A DNA stretch of 46,199 bases from Coniocarpon cinnabarinum (GCA_051942205.1 JAVECO010000177.1:1-46199); one strand, 5' to 3'. Numbered from the stretch's first letter, positions 34,367 to 46,199 are shown. Notes: generated from the letters alone by a model not told the origin. Made by a program: numbers and translations.

Positions 34367-36139
34367 CTAACAGTCTACACTCACCACCCTTTCCTTACCT
34401 GGCCCCTCAATCACAAGCGCATGCAACTTCCCTCCCTTGACACATCCCCCATCAAGACCTAGACTCCACTTCCGCTGCACGAGCCCGAGTTTACTATCAT
34501 GCCCGTAAATACACCGCATAGGCTCCAAATGCTCGTCGATCTCCCCGCCTTTGCCCCCCTTTTTCCACCCCGGTCCTCTGTGTCCTTGACCCTCCTGATG
34601 GGCGACTCCTTGAAGAGCATTCGTGCGTTTGGAGTTGGGCGCGTGACGGTTGGGTTTGAGACGCGGGCGTTTTTCGATGTCTTCAACTGCTGCCGCGTCA
34701 TCGACGTGGTCGGCGCTTTCTTGGAGGGTATTTTCGCGTTTGGAGTTGGGCGCGTGCCCGTAGGGTTTGTGACGCGGTCGCTTGTCCAATTCCTCAACGG
34801 CGGCCGCGTCGTCAATGTGTTCGACGCTGCGCTCGCGACTCTCGTCGCGGCTCTGACTCATCGCCGGGGCGCCCGCGTGGCGCACATTGGGCGACGTGGG
34901 GAAGCGGCTGATGCGCAGAGGGTGCGCGACGCTGCGTTTGGACTGCTCGTGGAGGGCGTAGTCCTGCTCGCGGTTCCAGACGGTGTGCCATTTTTCGCCG
35001 GAGTCGGGGTCGGGACTTGCGACCCAGCGCCATTGGTCTGCTTCTTTTTGTTTCTTCTTGCCCTTTTTTGCTCGAGAAGGATCCTCAGTGATGCTGGAGG
35101 TGTTGGTTGTGGTGGTGGTGTTGGTGTTGGTGGGGGACAGGTGTTGCCGATGATGCTTCTTGAGGGTTTCTCGAGCCAGCGTGCGCATTTCCATGACGGA
35201 TCCCAGTTCCTGTTCCTGAAGGGAAAGACCGGGCATCAACCCGCCATGGACGACTACCGTTTTGACGTTTCGCGGGGCCTTCTCGCCCTTGTGGTCACTC
35301 GACGAAGACGAAGACGAAAAAGGCAAGTCCAGACCGCCCAACTCCAACATCACCGGCCACGCTCTCATCTCCACGAGGACTTCCCGCGGCAGAATCTCCG
35401 CGAGTTCATTCGCGCCCGGATTCCGGGACCACGGCGCCCCGCCATTCGCGAGTTCCAGCCCTTGACTCTCGTCGAATCTTCCTAATTCACGCGCCCGTCG
35501 CACGATCTTGTCCTCGTGGTTGCCGCGGACGCTCGTGGCGCCGAGGTCGCGGATCCGCGCCAGGACCGCGAGCGGCTCCGGTCCCTTCGCGACGGTGTCA
35601 CCCGTTAGCACAACGTGATCCCTCCTCCCATCGAAGCCCGTGGCATTCAGCAGTTTCTCCAACGGCGCCAGCGAGGCGTGCAAATCCCCGATTATCACCA
35701 GGCGTCGATCATTGCTCTGACTTGGTAGAAGCTCCGGCGGTAAAGTAGCAAGCGGTTCAATGTCATGACATGGCGTTGGAAACGGGGCGAGTGGCTTCGT
35801 CGTCTCGTAGTCGTAGTAGACGTCAACGGGACGGTGTTCGCTGATGGATAGCCAGATCATGACGCCGATGGCGACGACGCCCATACAGGCCATGAAGGTT
35901 GCGGTGACGGGGTTGGGTTGGTGGGCAGGGCGTTTGGGGGGATACCATTTTTCGTCTTCGTTGTCGGGAGGGGTGGGAGACTGGGCTTCTGGGTCGGAGA
36001 ACTGGGCGGAGAAGTGGGAGGAGGAGGGCGTGTCGTGAAAGGGCGAGAGGTCGGACTTCTCGCACATGGGAGGGATCCAAGCTGGGGTTTTGGAGTGGTT
36101 GGGGGTGAGGCGGCGGGCGAAGGGGTAGATGATGCGCAT
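34367..36139 (-). CDS. Type II membrane calcineurin-like metallophosphoesterase (Ppn2/ApaH-like) with low-complexity inserts
   Basis: One TM segment (FMACMGVVAIGVMIWL), IIGDLH, LTGDTVAKGP, VRGNHED, VVHGG, IYGHD, GLDGGCVKGGKL; ATG at 36139. Confidence 0.85.
   Translation of the reverse strand: MRIIYPFARRLTPNHSKTPAWIPPMCEKSDLSPFHDTPSSSHFSAQFSDPEAQSPTPPDNEDEKWYPPKRPAHQPNPVTATFMACMGVVAIGVMIWLSISEHRPVDVYYDYETTKPLAPFPTPCHDIEPLATLPPELLPSQSNDRRLVIIGDLHASLAPLEKLLNATGFDGRRDHVVLTGDTVAKGPEPLAVLARIRDLGATSVRGNHEDKIVRRARELGRFDESQGLELANGGAPWSRNPGANELAEILPREVLVEMRAWPVMLELGGLDLPFSSSSSSSDHKGEKAPRNVKTVVVHGGLMPGLSLQEQELGSVMEMRTLARETLKKHHRQHLSPTNTNTTTTTNTSSITEDPSRAKKGKKKQKEADQWRWVASPDPDSGEKWHTVWNREQDYALHEQSKRSVAHPLRISRFPTSPNVRHAGAPAMSQSRDESRERSVEHIDDAAAVEELDKRPRHKPYGHAPNSKRENTLQESADHVDDAAAVEDIEKRPRLKPNRHAPNSKRTNALQGVAHQEGQGHRGPGWKKGGKGGEIDEHLEPMRCIYGHDSKLGLVQRKWSLGLDGGCVKGGKLHALVIEGPGKERVVSVDC
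34607..34828 (-). repeat. In-frame 111-bp (37-aa) tandem duplication inside the phosphoesterase
   Basis: SVEHIDDAAAVEELDKRPRHKPYGHAPNSKRENTLQE / SADHVDDAAAVEDIEKRPRLKPNRHAPNSKRTNALQG. Confidence 0.9.
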
Positions 36140-36823
36140 CTTGAAGATGTGCCAATCAATCAATGTTCAGATTTGGTGACACCGTGAGGAGGATACGAGA
36201 AGAGAGAGTGGGGAAGAGGAAAGAGAGGAAGAGGGAACAACGAGGAGCGTAGCAAGCTACACATTGAACGAGAAAAGGGACCATTAAGATTGCTCACGCG
36301 GTCTACACGTGGCGCTTAGCAGCAAGCTTCAAGGCCAGCGTTCAGTGATATGGAGAACCGTGTCTTTCAACGACTGGAGGGGTCTTGCCAAGCGGCAACG
36401 ATCATGCTTCAAAGATCGCGCAGGGGTCAGCCTATAGCATCAATATGCTGGCTTGGGATTAGCCTTCGACGGGGCATCCAAGTATCGATCACTTCAGTGG
36501 TTGGGTGGAAGTGTAGAATGGGAGCATCAGTAAGCTCCAGGCACAAGGCGTGGTAGACTGGTTAGTCTCCGTTGGGGTGGGTGGAAGAGTAGTGACGCGA
36601 TGAACAGACTGCCCAAATGGCAGCTTTTGGAGTCTATGGCTAGATCGTTATCTGTACAGATGCTGTGCATGTGAAAAAGATGCGGTTAAGTTACTCAGCA
36701 TCAATCTCCAGGCACCACGTCGCAAGGTACTCCGACTTATGTACAAACCGTGGTCTTTGATTGTGAGGGTAAAAGTGAAGGCGCTCAGTGGAAGTAGAAA
36801 GTAATAGTCGCACAATGAGCTCT

Positions 36824-38316
36824 TCAACCGTACCAACCATTCGCGTTTGGCTGTTGAGTTGCTTCGTATTGCGCCGACCGGTCTGGTATCATTGGCCGTG
36901 TGATGTGATATTCTTTGACGATACCTTGCCATGTTTCGAAGTCCAGCGCAAATACAGCTTGATGTCGTACGTCTCTGACCCTGTCATGCTTATCGCGTAC
37001 TTCGTCTTCGATGTTATCTAAAAGGAGCAGTCAGTACAGCTGAGACTTTCCAAATGTATAACGTGGAGCTTACGTATGCTTGGCAGGCCAGTAGCTTCGT
37101 CAAAGACCACTTGCAAGCGATCCTCCTTGATCAAAAAGCTGATGTAGAACAAATTCTCAACCGACTGGCCAAAATTCGTTGGGTGAATGGTAAATTTGTG
37201 AAAGTCGACGCCGCCATCATCTGCAATCCATATGTACTCATTGAAGTCGCGTTCTTGGGCAGGAGTTATCTGTCCATTGTCCTTTCGATCCCAAAAGTCC
37301 AACACCAATCTGTGGCCGTCATGGAAAGCTTCAATGAGTTGATTGCGCACTTCTGTGACAATCGCAGTCAGGCCGGAGTTCTCTTGGTTCTGAAGATCGG
37401 ATGCTTTCAACTCCTTGGCTTTGACAGTTTCGACATTACTGCTCGCATTTTTTGCGCGAGCTCTTCTTTGAGTAGGCTGTCGCACTTTCTTCTGCACCGC
37501 CAGAGGCCCGAGCAGGAAGCCGATGGTGGGTGGTCGCAAATTCGACGGAAAACAGGCGTTGGCACCCAGATAACTCCAGTCGAGCGCATTGCCTTGGTTC
37601 TCGCCGTTGTCGTCATCTTCGTCCTGGCGACTTTCATGGCCCATGTACGATATGCACTTGCCGACAAATTCCTCCAAATCAATGCCTTGCGCGCTCTCCC
37701 CCACGTTCAGCTTCTTCGTTCTTCTGTGCGTCAACTCACCCGCGTTGACGAGCATGCGCGAATCGATCGTTGCTTCCGACGTTTGCTTGACACTTCCAAA
37801 GAGCAAATTCTGCTTGATCACGGCATCCTGCAAACCTCTCGAGTTTGGCGCTAACCACTCGGTACGCGAATCTTGCATCTCCTTGTCCAATTCTCGATAG
37901 TTCTTCCGCAACTCGCGCCGCTCTTCCATGCTCTGATGCGGGTCATAGCGCGATTCGACATCTATGTTCGACCGCTGGTCGTTTCTTGATTGCTCCTCTT
38001 GCACTTGTGGCTCCCGCTCTTCCTCTGACACGTCGGACTCGACGTGTGACTCGGGAGGCGAGGACTCGTATTGAACAGAATTGTCGCGCTCTCCTAATCG
38101 TCTTCGCTTGGGACCTCGAGCGCTTTGATTCTGCGCGGCCGGCATCTTGCCAGCCTTGATGGCTGCCGCTCGTGAATGATGGTTTTCTTTGTCGGAAGAG
38201 CCCCCGGGACTCGTTTGATCAGTCGAGGGGCGCGGTGGAACAGACGGCGTTCGGTACAGGCTATCCACGGTGTTTGCGCGACTACTACTCGAAACAGGTG
38301 CTGCGAGTCGCGCCAT
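36824..38316 (-). CDS. NSE4: Smc5/6 kleisin Nse4, 2 exons (38316-37074, 37017-36824)
   Basis: YDPHQSMEERRELR, VKQTSEATIDSR, FLLGPL, FGQSVENLFYISFLIK, HQAVFALDFETW..MIPDR..GWYG*. Confidence 0.93.
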
Positions 38317-38770
38317 AGTTGATACTTGTCTGCTCAAATGCGACAGTGAAGGCGCTGTGGCGTTGTTGCGGGCAGAGGCGTGATTAACGCGGTCGAGGCA
38401 ACGAGGCGTAGGCGTCAAGACTGAAGAACAAAGACACCATACAGAGAAGTTATGCTTACATGGCGATCGGTCTGACAGAATGGCCAACGATATCTCAAAA
38501 ACCTCAAGAAGTCCTCAAGGACACGAAGTGGACACAATTGAACAGCCACACAATGGAAGTGTTCCCCTCGGTCGTGGGTCGCGACACAGAGCGCAGGAGG
38601 CGACGCGCCAAATTGCGCGGTGGTCCAAGCTCTGCCGGATTCACGCTAGTCCTTATTGAATTCTCCGTCAAGCAAACAATGCCAGTAAACCTTTACGAAC
38701 ATCGTCTTTGCTCGCCGGGTGGCATACTGCACAAAGGGAGATGTGACTGGATTTTGCCGTTTGCCACTAC

Positions 38771-39384
38771 TCAGCTGTCTCCATCCGCGACACGGCTATC
38801 ACCATTGCCTGGACCTCCAAACAGTCTGCCTTGCTTTCTTAAATCATCCACCATCTTCGCCACAGCCAGAGCATCCCTCTCCGTTTGCTCAACGGTGTCG
38901 CTTTTGCCAAGCGTATCCAGCTGGCCAAACAGCCACAGCTCCTTCATTTGACGGGTCAGCATCAGCAAGTTCTCTGTGGCCCTGATCAACCCCTGAGTCT
39001 CCACGTCCATCTTCAAGCTATTCAGTGCGGCCCGATCCCGGTCAGTGGTGCCGCTTTGAGAGCGCACGAATGTGTCTGCGGACGTGTCGTTTTCGTCCAC
39101 ATGCTTCTTAGGCACCTGCGTCGTCGTTAATAGATCATTTTACAATGTTGCAGTTGGCAGCCTTGCGTCACGAGACAGTGAGCCGCGTGGTGGAGATCCG
39201 TAATGCTTACACGTGCCAATACTAGAATATTGATGTATCGTTTGACGAGTTGAGAGGACAAGTCATCAATTCGCCCTTGCATTTTAATGAGTATTGCACC
39301 CGTTGCACTCGCAATCTCGTCACAGCCACACGTACTGATGAGCGTACCAATGTCACGAAAGTGTGACGTCCGCTCTGCTGTCAT
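38771..39384 (-). CDS. MED22: Mediator subunit Med22/Srb6 (likely introns 39335-39276 and 39210-39116)
   Basis: LIRATENLLMLTRQMKELWLFGQL signature; canonical gtaagc..cag intron links the two ORFs. Confidence 0.85.
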
Positions 39385-40014
39385 CTTTCATGCAAACACT
39401 GCTGCGAGGATCGGCTTCACATCACGTCGTCATTTCGCGCAGTCTGCAGTTGATATGTAAATTTCCACCTGGCAGCATAATTACAGGCGGTCGACCATCC
39501 GCTCCGTAACTCTGCAATATCATGTGCGTCTCTCGGTTCACTCCAACGTAATAAATATGAACCACCCTGTCCACATCTGTACATACAAGAGTCTTGGCGT
39601 TTCTCTTGCACCTGGCAGTTTCTGGAGCAGGTCGTTCATGATCATACGAAGGGTGCTTGGACGTACGATTGTGCAGAAGAGAGCTCCTAGACCAGAACAC
39701 AGGAAACTGTAGTGCGCTTTTACCTGCCATGCGTGTCTTCATAGATAATCATCGTCTCTCAGCATAACTCCCACTCTACACAAGCGTTAGAGGAATTGAA
39801 AAATCTCGCACTCTCGATAAGCCTGTGAAGGCATTTGAATTGATCTATTCTCGATCTAGGCGTCAAGTAGATACCGCCACCAACGCCAACGCTAGCGTTA
39901 GAAGGACAAAGGGTATCTTACTATGGACCACACATGAAGCCAATCCAGAAGTTTGATCCATCATGAGCCATAGCCCGTTTTCCTGTCATCGATGTCGTCA
40001 CGCATGGAGAATGG

Positions 40015-41805
40015 TCATACCGATACCGCTTTCAGAGCTCGTACTGCGCTTTCTACCTCCTGTGCAGCAATCCCTTTCCATTGCTCACGCTCCTCAGCTT
40101 GCAGTCCCCCACCCTGTGCAACCTTATCGTACAGAAGGCGAGATATGTGGCGATTGATATTTGTGTACTGTTCCGTGCTGATCTCCTTGCGATGATACAG
40201 AGGTTTTAGATTTGCGGTCACGAGTGTCTGGATTTCCTTTTTGTCCTCTTTGGTGATGTGTGAAAGATGGCATGGCGTGTCGTTGACGGTAATACTACCG
40301 TTTGTATGTGCGGGCGAGGTTGGTGAATAGCGCTGCCTCTCAGGATAGATCGGAGCAATTCTTGAGCTCAGTGGCGGCGGTGATGCTGGGCGAGACCGGT
40401 GGCCCTCTGGAGAAAGTGAACGTGCGCGTGGTGACGGAATGCCGGAGGCGGCCGGTGAACTAGCAGGTGATGAAAGAGGGGATGCAGAGTCCGAGCGATG
40501 GGGCACTGAAATGCTGAGTTGGTCTTTGTCTTGATGTGATGGTGTTTGACCAGCTGATCGGGGATGCAATTCGACTTCATTCAAGAGTGACTGTAAGAAG
40601 CTAGGAGGGACTTCACGAGGCTCCGGCGGAGGAGACAATGCTGGCGGAGATGCTGCAATCTCCGCACGTCTGTGTGCCGTGGACGAGGACTCCCCTCGAA
40701 TTGCCGCGTTTGCTTCTTGTGTTTCAGCCGGTAGACGTGTACGTGGACGTTTGAGTTTTCGTTCAGGTTCTGCTGGTTGAGGCTCGGCAGGTGAAGCTGT
40801 CGCTGACTTGCGCTTCCTTCCAGCAACGACTGGAGTGCCGTCGGTGCGTAACTGATTAAACTTGTCGAAGGCGTTCCACGCGCGGAGCTCTTCCTGTGAC
40901 TCTGGTGTTGGGGTTCCGGTGCGACTTCGCCGAGCGCGCGCAGCCAGGATGGATTGAGCGGCGTCGCGGAATCTGGCAGCAGAGCCGTTCTGCTCAGCTA
41001 CTTCCAGTCTCCGGGAGATGCCATCAAGCTCGCGCCTCTGCTGTCTTGCAATGTCTTGGTCCGATCTTTCTTCTTCTTGAAACGGAAAGTCAAGGTCAAT
41101 GTTTGTGTGTCGCCACACTGATTGCCAAACTCGTGTCCATTCGTGGGTCTGAGGGTCCGAGCCCGAGTTCGAACGCCTCTGTTGACCACGAGTGCGTGGC
41201 CGGCCTCGTTGGAGTCTGGAACGGGAGCCTTGCAGTCCCTCCTCGCGGCAGAACTGACAGTACCAAGGTCCCGAGGGTACGCTGTTCAGCTCAACGCAAT
41301 AGGTATGGTACGAGCCATTGCACCCGTCGCACAACAACAGGTGCTCTTCGTCGCTATCGTCTTCGCAGAAGAGACACGGCTGCCACATCGGGTCGTCGAA
41401 GAGCTCATCGTCGACAATGACATTGGGATCGACTTCGGCCTCCTGGCGTTTATCCTGCACTGCGTAGGAAGAAGTGGAAGGGCCTAAAGAACTATTGTCA
41501 GAGAGCGATCCTCGATGCGCTGGGACTTGATACTGACCATTCACATAATCGCAGAGCTCGACGACATTGAAGCTGGCGCGGCAGATCGGACAACTGTTGG
41601 CTCTCTCGACCCAAGGACGAAGGCATTCGTGGTGCAGGTTATGGCCACAAGGAAGCAGGTGTGCAATGGTGTCGGATTCATCGTCCAACTGGTTCGAAGG
41701 CCCGTCGGAGGTGGTCTGTGCGGCTTCCAGCTGATGACGATCTGCTAAGGCCTGGTCTGGAAGAGCGGCAAGGTCGCCGAGGCACACGATACAAGTTTCT
41801 GCCAT
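40015..41805 (-). CDS. RING + PHD finger protein with C-terminal SRI-like region (Asr1/PHRF1-like); in-frame intron 41537-41484
   Basis: CIVC..PCGHNLHHEC..W..CPICR (RING-H2); CLFC..LLLCDGC..YHTYC..WYCQFC (PHD); LKPLYHRKEISTEQYTNIN. Confidence 0.88.
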   Translation of the reverse strand: MAETCIVCLGDLAALPDQALADRHQLEAAQTTSDGPSNQLDDESDTIAHLLPCGHNLHHECLRPWVERANSCPICRASFNVVELCDYVNGQYQVPAHRGSLSDNSSLGPSTSSYAVQDKRQEAEVDPNVIVDDELFDDPMWQPCLFCEDDSDEEHLLLCDGCNGSYHTYCVELNSVPSGPWYCQFCREEGLQGSRSRLQRGRPRTRGQQRRSNSGSDPQTHEWTRVWQSVWRHTNIDLDFPFQEEERSDQDIARQQRRELDGISRRLEVAEQNGSAARFRDAAQSILAARARRSRTGTPTPESQEELRAWNAFDKFNQLRTDGTPVVAGRKRKSATASPAEPQPAEPERKLKRPRTRLPAETQEANAAIRGESSSTAHRRAEIAASPPALSPPPEPREVPPSFLQSLLNEVELHPRSAGQTPSHQDKDQLSISVPHRSDSASPLSSPASSPAASGIPSPRARSLSPEGHRSRPASPPPLSSRIAPIYPERQRYSPTSPAHTNGSITVNDTPCHLSHITKEDKKEIQTLVTANLKPLYHRKEISTEQYTNINRHISRLLYDKVAQGGGLQAEEREQWKGIAAQEVESAVRALKAVSV

Positions 41806-43006
41806 TCAGACAGGTCGTAGCTTGGTTGGAAATGTCAGTAGAGTGCTCAGTGGATGCATGAAGAAGACAAGTGCAGATGGGGAGGCGTGGAAGAGCAAAA
41901 GGGTGTCGGAGCTGGGGGATTGGTGGTGAGAGGAAGAAGGGAAAGAAGGGAGCCCAAGCCCTCTGTGGGGCTTTTTGGATGGCTGCGCTATGCCCGATTG
42001 GGCGGATTGTGCCAGGTCACCTTGGTCATTCGCAGGTGCCATCACAGGCTGCCCTGCCCGTGACTTCCAGGTCACCTCCCTCGAGAATGCTGTCTCACCT
42101 TGTTGACGATCGTTGTTGTGCTGCTCGGTGCCTCTGGATGAGTCAGCGGAACGGAGATATCCATTGGTAGGGGGGTAATGTCCGACATGGCGCCTCGGCC
42201 AGAGGACGTCTACCCGGCAGCTTGGAGCTCTGTCACTCTGTCACTCTGTAACCGTTCCCTGACGCGGACACTCTGCGCCCAAGTCAGCCGTCTTATGCTT
42301 CACATGACGCTAGCTTATTGGCCACTTCTAAGAATTGATTGCGTCTGCGCGGACGCTTTGCGTAAGCTCCTCACCCTGTTCCGAAGGATCGCTGGGTTGA
42401 GATTGCTGCCCGGATTGGCTGACTCCCTTACTGTCGACGCTGATCTGGTCTCGGCAACATGGAGCCCAGGCAATGTCATCAATTACGGACTCGTCTTTTC
42501 AAACATTAGTCTTGTTGCAGTCGGCGCCTCTGAACACGATCTTCTCGAGGTCGAGACGGCTTTTAAATTTGAACGCGCAAAATTGGCGCAAAATCGACAC
42601 ACAAGCAAGCGATATACGGATTGGCGTCAAAAAGTCTTGCGCGCTTTATGGTGGAATTACTTGGACGGTCAATTCGACGTCGTCATCAGACAAACTGTTG
42701 CACATGCTCTCGTTACTGCGAATCCTCGAAAGTCAATGTCCTGACGAAATTCATCTTTAAGCACGAGAAAAGTGATCGGATGGTTGCCGATTTCGAAACC
42801 TGTCTGGATCTGGCTCTGATCGAGTTTTGAACGTAGAGTCTCGCAGCGCGTTACCGCTAATCGGGAGAGGATAGGCGATGTCTGATTGTATTGTCTGCCG
42901 AACTGCTGGCTGATGCACTAATGCTGTGCTAATAGACGACACTCTAACCACCGCAACCACATGCACATTCGCATATCTCCAACCATCGCTCTCCTCTCGC
43001 TCTCCT

Positions 43007-43501
43007 CTAGCCTTCTTTCAACTCGCGTAAGCGTCGAATCGTAGATCTTGTGGCAGCAGCGGCCGGTGTCCTAAAGTCGAGTTAGAAAACCATGTCCGTG
43101 GTACTGCAACCGATTGAACTCTGTTCTTGACGCACGAGACGACGTATGCACCACCGGCGACAGTCTTTGAGCATCCTCTGCATTTCCAAATGCCGACTGC
43201 GGTTCGCTTCACGGTGACTTTACCGCAAAATGTGCAGGTGTATCGGGCGTGTTGCGAGATTTCCATCTTTTTGACTTGCTTTCGAAGGGAGGCGCCATAT
43301 CTGGAGGGAAGCGCGTTGTCAGATTCAGATTCATGCATACATCCTTGTATCGGGATTTCTGTAAAAGATATTCTGCATGATTGTGGCTTCATACCTTGTG
43401 CCGTACTTGCCGGTCACGCCGACCTCTACAGACCCGTCAGCGCATTATTCAGACCAGCGGCGCTCGCATTGCAATAACTTACTCTTCGTGCGTTTCGACA
43501 T
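43007..43501 (-). CDS. RPL43: 60S ribosomal protein eL43 (L37a), 4 exons
   Basis: [71 protein letters not shown]; introns 43482-43426, 43394-43301, 43135-43071. Confidence 0.97.
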
Positions 43502-44061
43502 CGCTAGAAGTGGGATTGATGGAGATGCTGAAGGACTGTGGATAATTTACTGCAGATGTGCTTTCGTGATGGTGGCTAGGTCGTGGTGGGCCTCAGCCCT
43601 ATGTTCTGCTGACATAGCAGGTCGATATATCATGAGGCCTATTTGGGTAAGAAGATGAGCAGTCAACTGCCGTATCATGTGATAATCCTGGGCACTTGTC
43701 AAATAACGGCAACGCCATGCTGACATCCTCAGCAATATCCACTTTGCCTAAACTTTTGTTCGCAGTGCACGCTTGACAACAGCGTATGCTTGAGTCTTGC
43801 TTATTCCTTGCTGTGCCAGTTGCCACTTGGTCTGATTCGCTGCCGGCGGGCACACTCTCGTCCGGCGTATTTCGCGATCAGGAATCTCCTTCGGACGCCT
43901 CGGCTATCTGTTCCCATTCGGAGCTGCCAATGCAACTTCTCAACAATCTCGTGCTTGTCTTGAAATAAAAAATGTTTTCATCTTCGTCTTCTTCGCCCAC
44001 TCCCCTTTTCTTCTCGTATTCATTGCTCCTTTAGCTTGCTGAGCCTCTGTTCTTCGTGAAA

Positions 44062-45318
44062 ATGTCACGCCAATATGATCTTGTGCTCCTTGGCGCTACT
44101 GGCTTCACCGGAAAATTGACAGCAGAATACATTCACGCTCACTTTCCCTCAAGTCTCAAATGGGCTATCGCGGGTCGATCAGAGAGCAAGCTGAAGGCTG
44201 TCAACAAAGACCTCGAGGCCCTCGACGAGACGCGAAAGTTGCCGGACATTGAGATTGCTTTGTTGGGGAAAGACGAACTCATCAACGTTTCCAACCGGGC
44301 AAGAGTTCTAATCAACACAGTTGGTCCGTACCACAAATTCAGTACTCCTGTCGTTGAGGCATGCGCCGAGACTGGCACCCACTACCTTGACGTGACTGGT
44401 GAAGCGCCATGGACGGGGGACATGGTAGCCAGGTATCATGAAACGGCGCAGAGGTCAGGGGCGATCATGATTCCGCAGTGCGGCATTGAATCAACCCCTG
44501 CTGACATCTTGACCTACGTCCTTGCCTGCAGCCTACGAAAACGAACACAAAAGGCTGTGCGTGAAGTGATGATCTCTCTGACGCGCATGTCAAGTACGCC
44601 GAGTGGTGGAACGATTGCCAGCGCCATGGGAGTCTTTAAAAATTATTCAGCAGCTGGCCTACAGAAGGCGTCAGCGCCACAGGCCCAATTTCCAGCTGGT
44701 GTTGAGCTGCCCCCGAGCCCGCCATCAGCGGCTGGATTGCTCCGCCGATTGACAGGATTGCGCGTGGTCCCAGATCTTGGTCTAGTGTCTCTGCCAATGC
44801 TTAATGCTGTCGACATTCCTATCGTACAGCGAACGTGGGCTCTCCTTGAGCACACGCAACAAGCAGAAGCTTACGGTCCCAATTTCCGCTTCAGCAACGG
44901 CATCAACGCTGGTGGCTATGTTGGAGGTCTCGTCAAGAATGTGAATGCCGTTGTTGGTCGACTCTTGTTATCGCTTCCTCCAATTCGGTGGCTGATAAAG
45001 CGCTTCTTGGTGCAGCCTGGCAATGGGCCAAGCAAAGAAGTCGAGGCAAACGGCAAAATCGAAATGAAAGGCGTCGCTGTGGTGGACGCAGACAGCGGTG
45101 GGCGGTACGTTGGTGCTTTTCGCTGGAGAGGCGGCATGTACGCATTGACCGCCGTTACCGTTGCAGAAGCAGCTGCAACGCTGCTGTATGCCGAAGATGG
45201 CACGATTGCAAAGAGACTGGGAGGTGGTATGTGCACGCCAGCGACACTCAGTGATGGCTATGTGCAAAGGCTACAGGATGCGGGTGTCAAGCTTGATGTC
45301 AGCTACCAAGAAGACTGA
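44062..45318 (+). CDS. Saccharopine dehydrogenase-like oxidoreductase (SCCPDH family)
   Basis: YDLVLLGATGFTG, WAIAGRS, INTVGPY, HYLDVTGE, CGIESTPAD, PSGGT, GGMCTPA. Confidence 0.88.
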   Translation: MSRQYDLVLLGATGFTGKLTAEYIHAHFPSSLKWAIAGRSESKLKAVNKDLEALDETRKLPDIEIALLGKDELINVSNRARVLINTVGPYHKFSTPVVEACAETGTHYLDVTGEAPWTGDMVARYHETAQRSGAIMIPQCGIESTPADILTYVLACSLRKRTQKAVREVMISLTRMSSTPSGGTIASAMGVFKNYSAAGLQKASAPQAQFPAGVELPPSPPSAAGLLRRLTGLRVVPDLGLVSLPMLNAVDIPIVQRTWALLEHTQQAEAYGPNFRFSNGINAGGYVGGLVKNVNAVVGRLLLSLPPIRWLIKRFLVQPGNGPSKEVEANGKIEMKGVAVVDADSGGRYVGAFRWRGGMYALTAVTVAEAAATLLYAEDGTIAKRLGGGMCTPATLSDGYVQRLQDAGVKLDVSYQED

Positions 45319-45804
45319 TAGCCGGAGGCATCGAATAGGGTGTACGATAGATTTGTGATCAGCCTCAAATATGATTCCCTTTCGCGTTTTGTTGTTACAT
45401 CGCTTGATAACTATCATCAGGGACTTCGTGCTAAAAAATCGCTGATGATAGTTATCTACCTATCAATGAAATTCAGGTTCATTCCCCTTATGCCAAGCTT
45501 TCGCCACCTGCAAGCTGTAATATAGCACCGTATATTTCAAGCACCACCTACGTTTTGTCTCCACATGTTTGTTCAAGATGGCGAAACAGTCCGCATATAG
45601 CTAGGGACAGAGCCATGTCGACAAAATCATCTCATACTAGATACCCTGCACGCTCAACAGCTACCGCTTCGATGTGACTAGATTGTATCCATATATTCCA
45701 CAAGCTGGCTATTAAATCACATGACAACATTATCACAAACCACTTGAATCTGGACATCAACATGGAGCGCCAAACTCGTAGCCATCAATCCCCATAGGCT
45801 CACC

Positions 45805-46199
45805 ATGGACCTCCCCTCATCCCAAGCCCCAGGCTACACCACCCTCCCCTCCCGCCGCTGCGGCATCCAAAACTGCCGCACCCACCGCTACCGCCGCGAT
45901 CCCACAGACGGCCACCTCTACTGCCGCTACGGGCACCAACAACCCGACGCCCTCGAGACCCAAATCGAAGACACGGAGCTCCTCGCGTCCCAATCCATCA
46001 AGACCACGAAGCGCAAGAAGAACGCATCACGGGACGCGCTTGAGGGGGCGGATGAGGCGGCTCCGTGGCGTAGGTTCCTGGAGGGACGGGAGGCGGCGGA
46101 GTTGATGCTCGAGTGTTTTCAGCTGGTGTTGAAGCGGCAGGTTTGGTTTTTGGTGAACTCCCTTGGGGTTAGGAGGGAGATTGAGGGCGTGGTCAGGGG
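45805..46199 (+). CDS. RRN7: RNA polymerase I core factor Rrn7/TAF1B, N-terminal part (runs off the window)
   Basis: Own translation: CGIQNC..DGHLYCRYGHQQ zinc ribbon, then LECFQLVLKRQVWFLVNSLGVRREIEGVVR. Confidence 0.8.
   Translation, partial: MDLPSSQAPGYTTLPSRRCGIQNCRTHRYRRDPTDGHLYCRYGHQQPDALETQIEDTELLASQSIKTTKRKKNASRDALEGADEAAPWRRFLEGREAAELMLECFQLVLKRQVWFLVNSLGVRREIEGVVR

Noticed and set aside
42178..42744. 188-aa ORF between the RING-PHD gene and RPL43
   Set aside because: No recognisable motif or splice support; probably promoter or leader DNA, though not excluded without RNA data
45762..45797. 11-codon uORF just before RRN7
   Set aside because: May lie upstream of the TSS; no further support

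Overview
Eukaryotic DNA from a filamentous ascomycete (Pezizomycotina): gene-dense, with short (mostly 45-60 nt) GT-AG introns carrying CTRAY-type branch points. The conserved backbone is ISY1 (3' end), HEM15, SDS22, SPS19, an ENT/FUN26 transporter, VPS34, DFR1, THI6, eIF5, a PPN2-like phosphoesterase, NSE4, MED22, a RING-PHD protein, RPL43, a saccharopine-dehydrogenase-like gene and RRN7 (5' end). Two accessory blocks interrupt it. (1) At about 7.1-13.3 kb is a U6 snRNA gene missed by the ORF track, split by two 51-nt spliceosomal introns around a 7-nt micro-exon, followed by four highly diverged, mutually related small orphan genes in tandem. (2) At about 20-31.4 kb is a candidate fungal organosulfur (DMSO2/methanesulfinate) scavenging cluster: a DszC/MsuC/SfnB-type flavin monooxygenase, a SatP/GPR1/FUN34 channel, and one gene fusing a Zn-independent MDR reductase to a SfnG-like luciferase-fold monooxygenase, plus a perfect CYS3/MetR-type site. 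It is flanked by a proline-iminopeptidase-like hydrolase and a split HET-domain gene. All exon structures were derived by eye and family calls rest on remembered motifs, not database searches.
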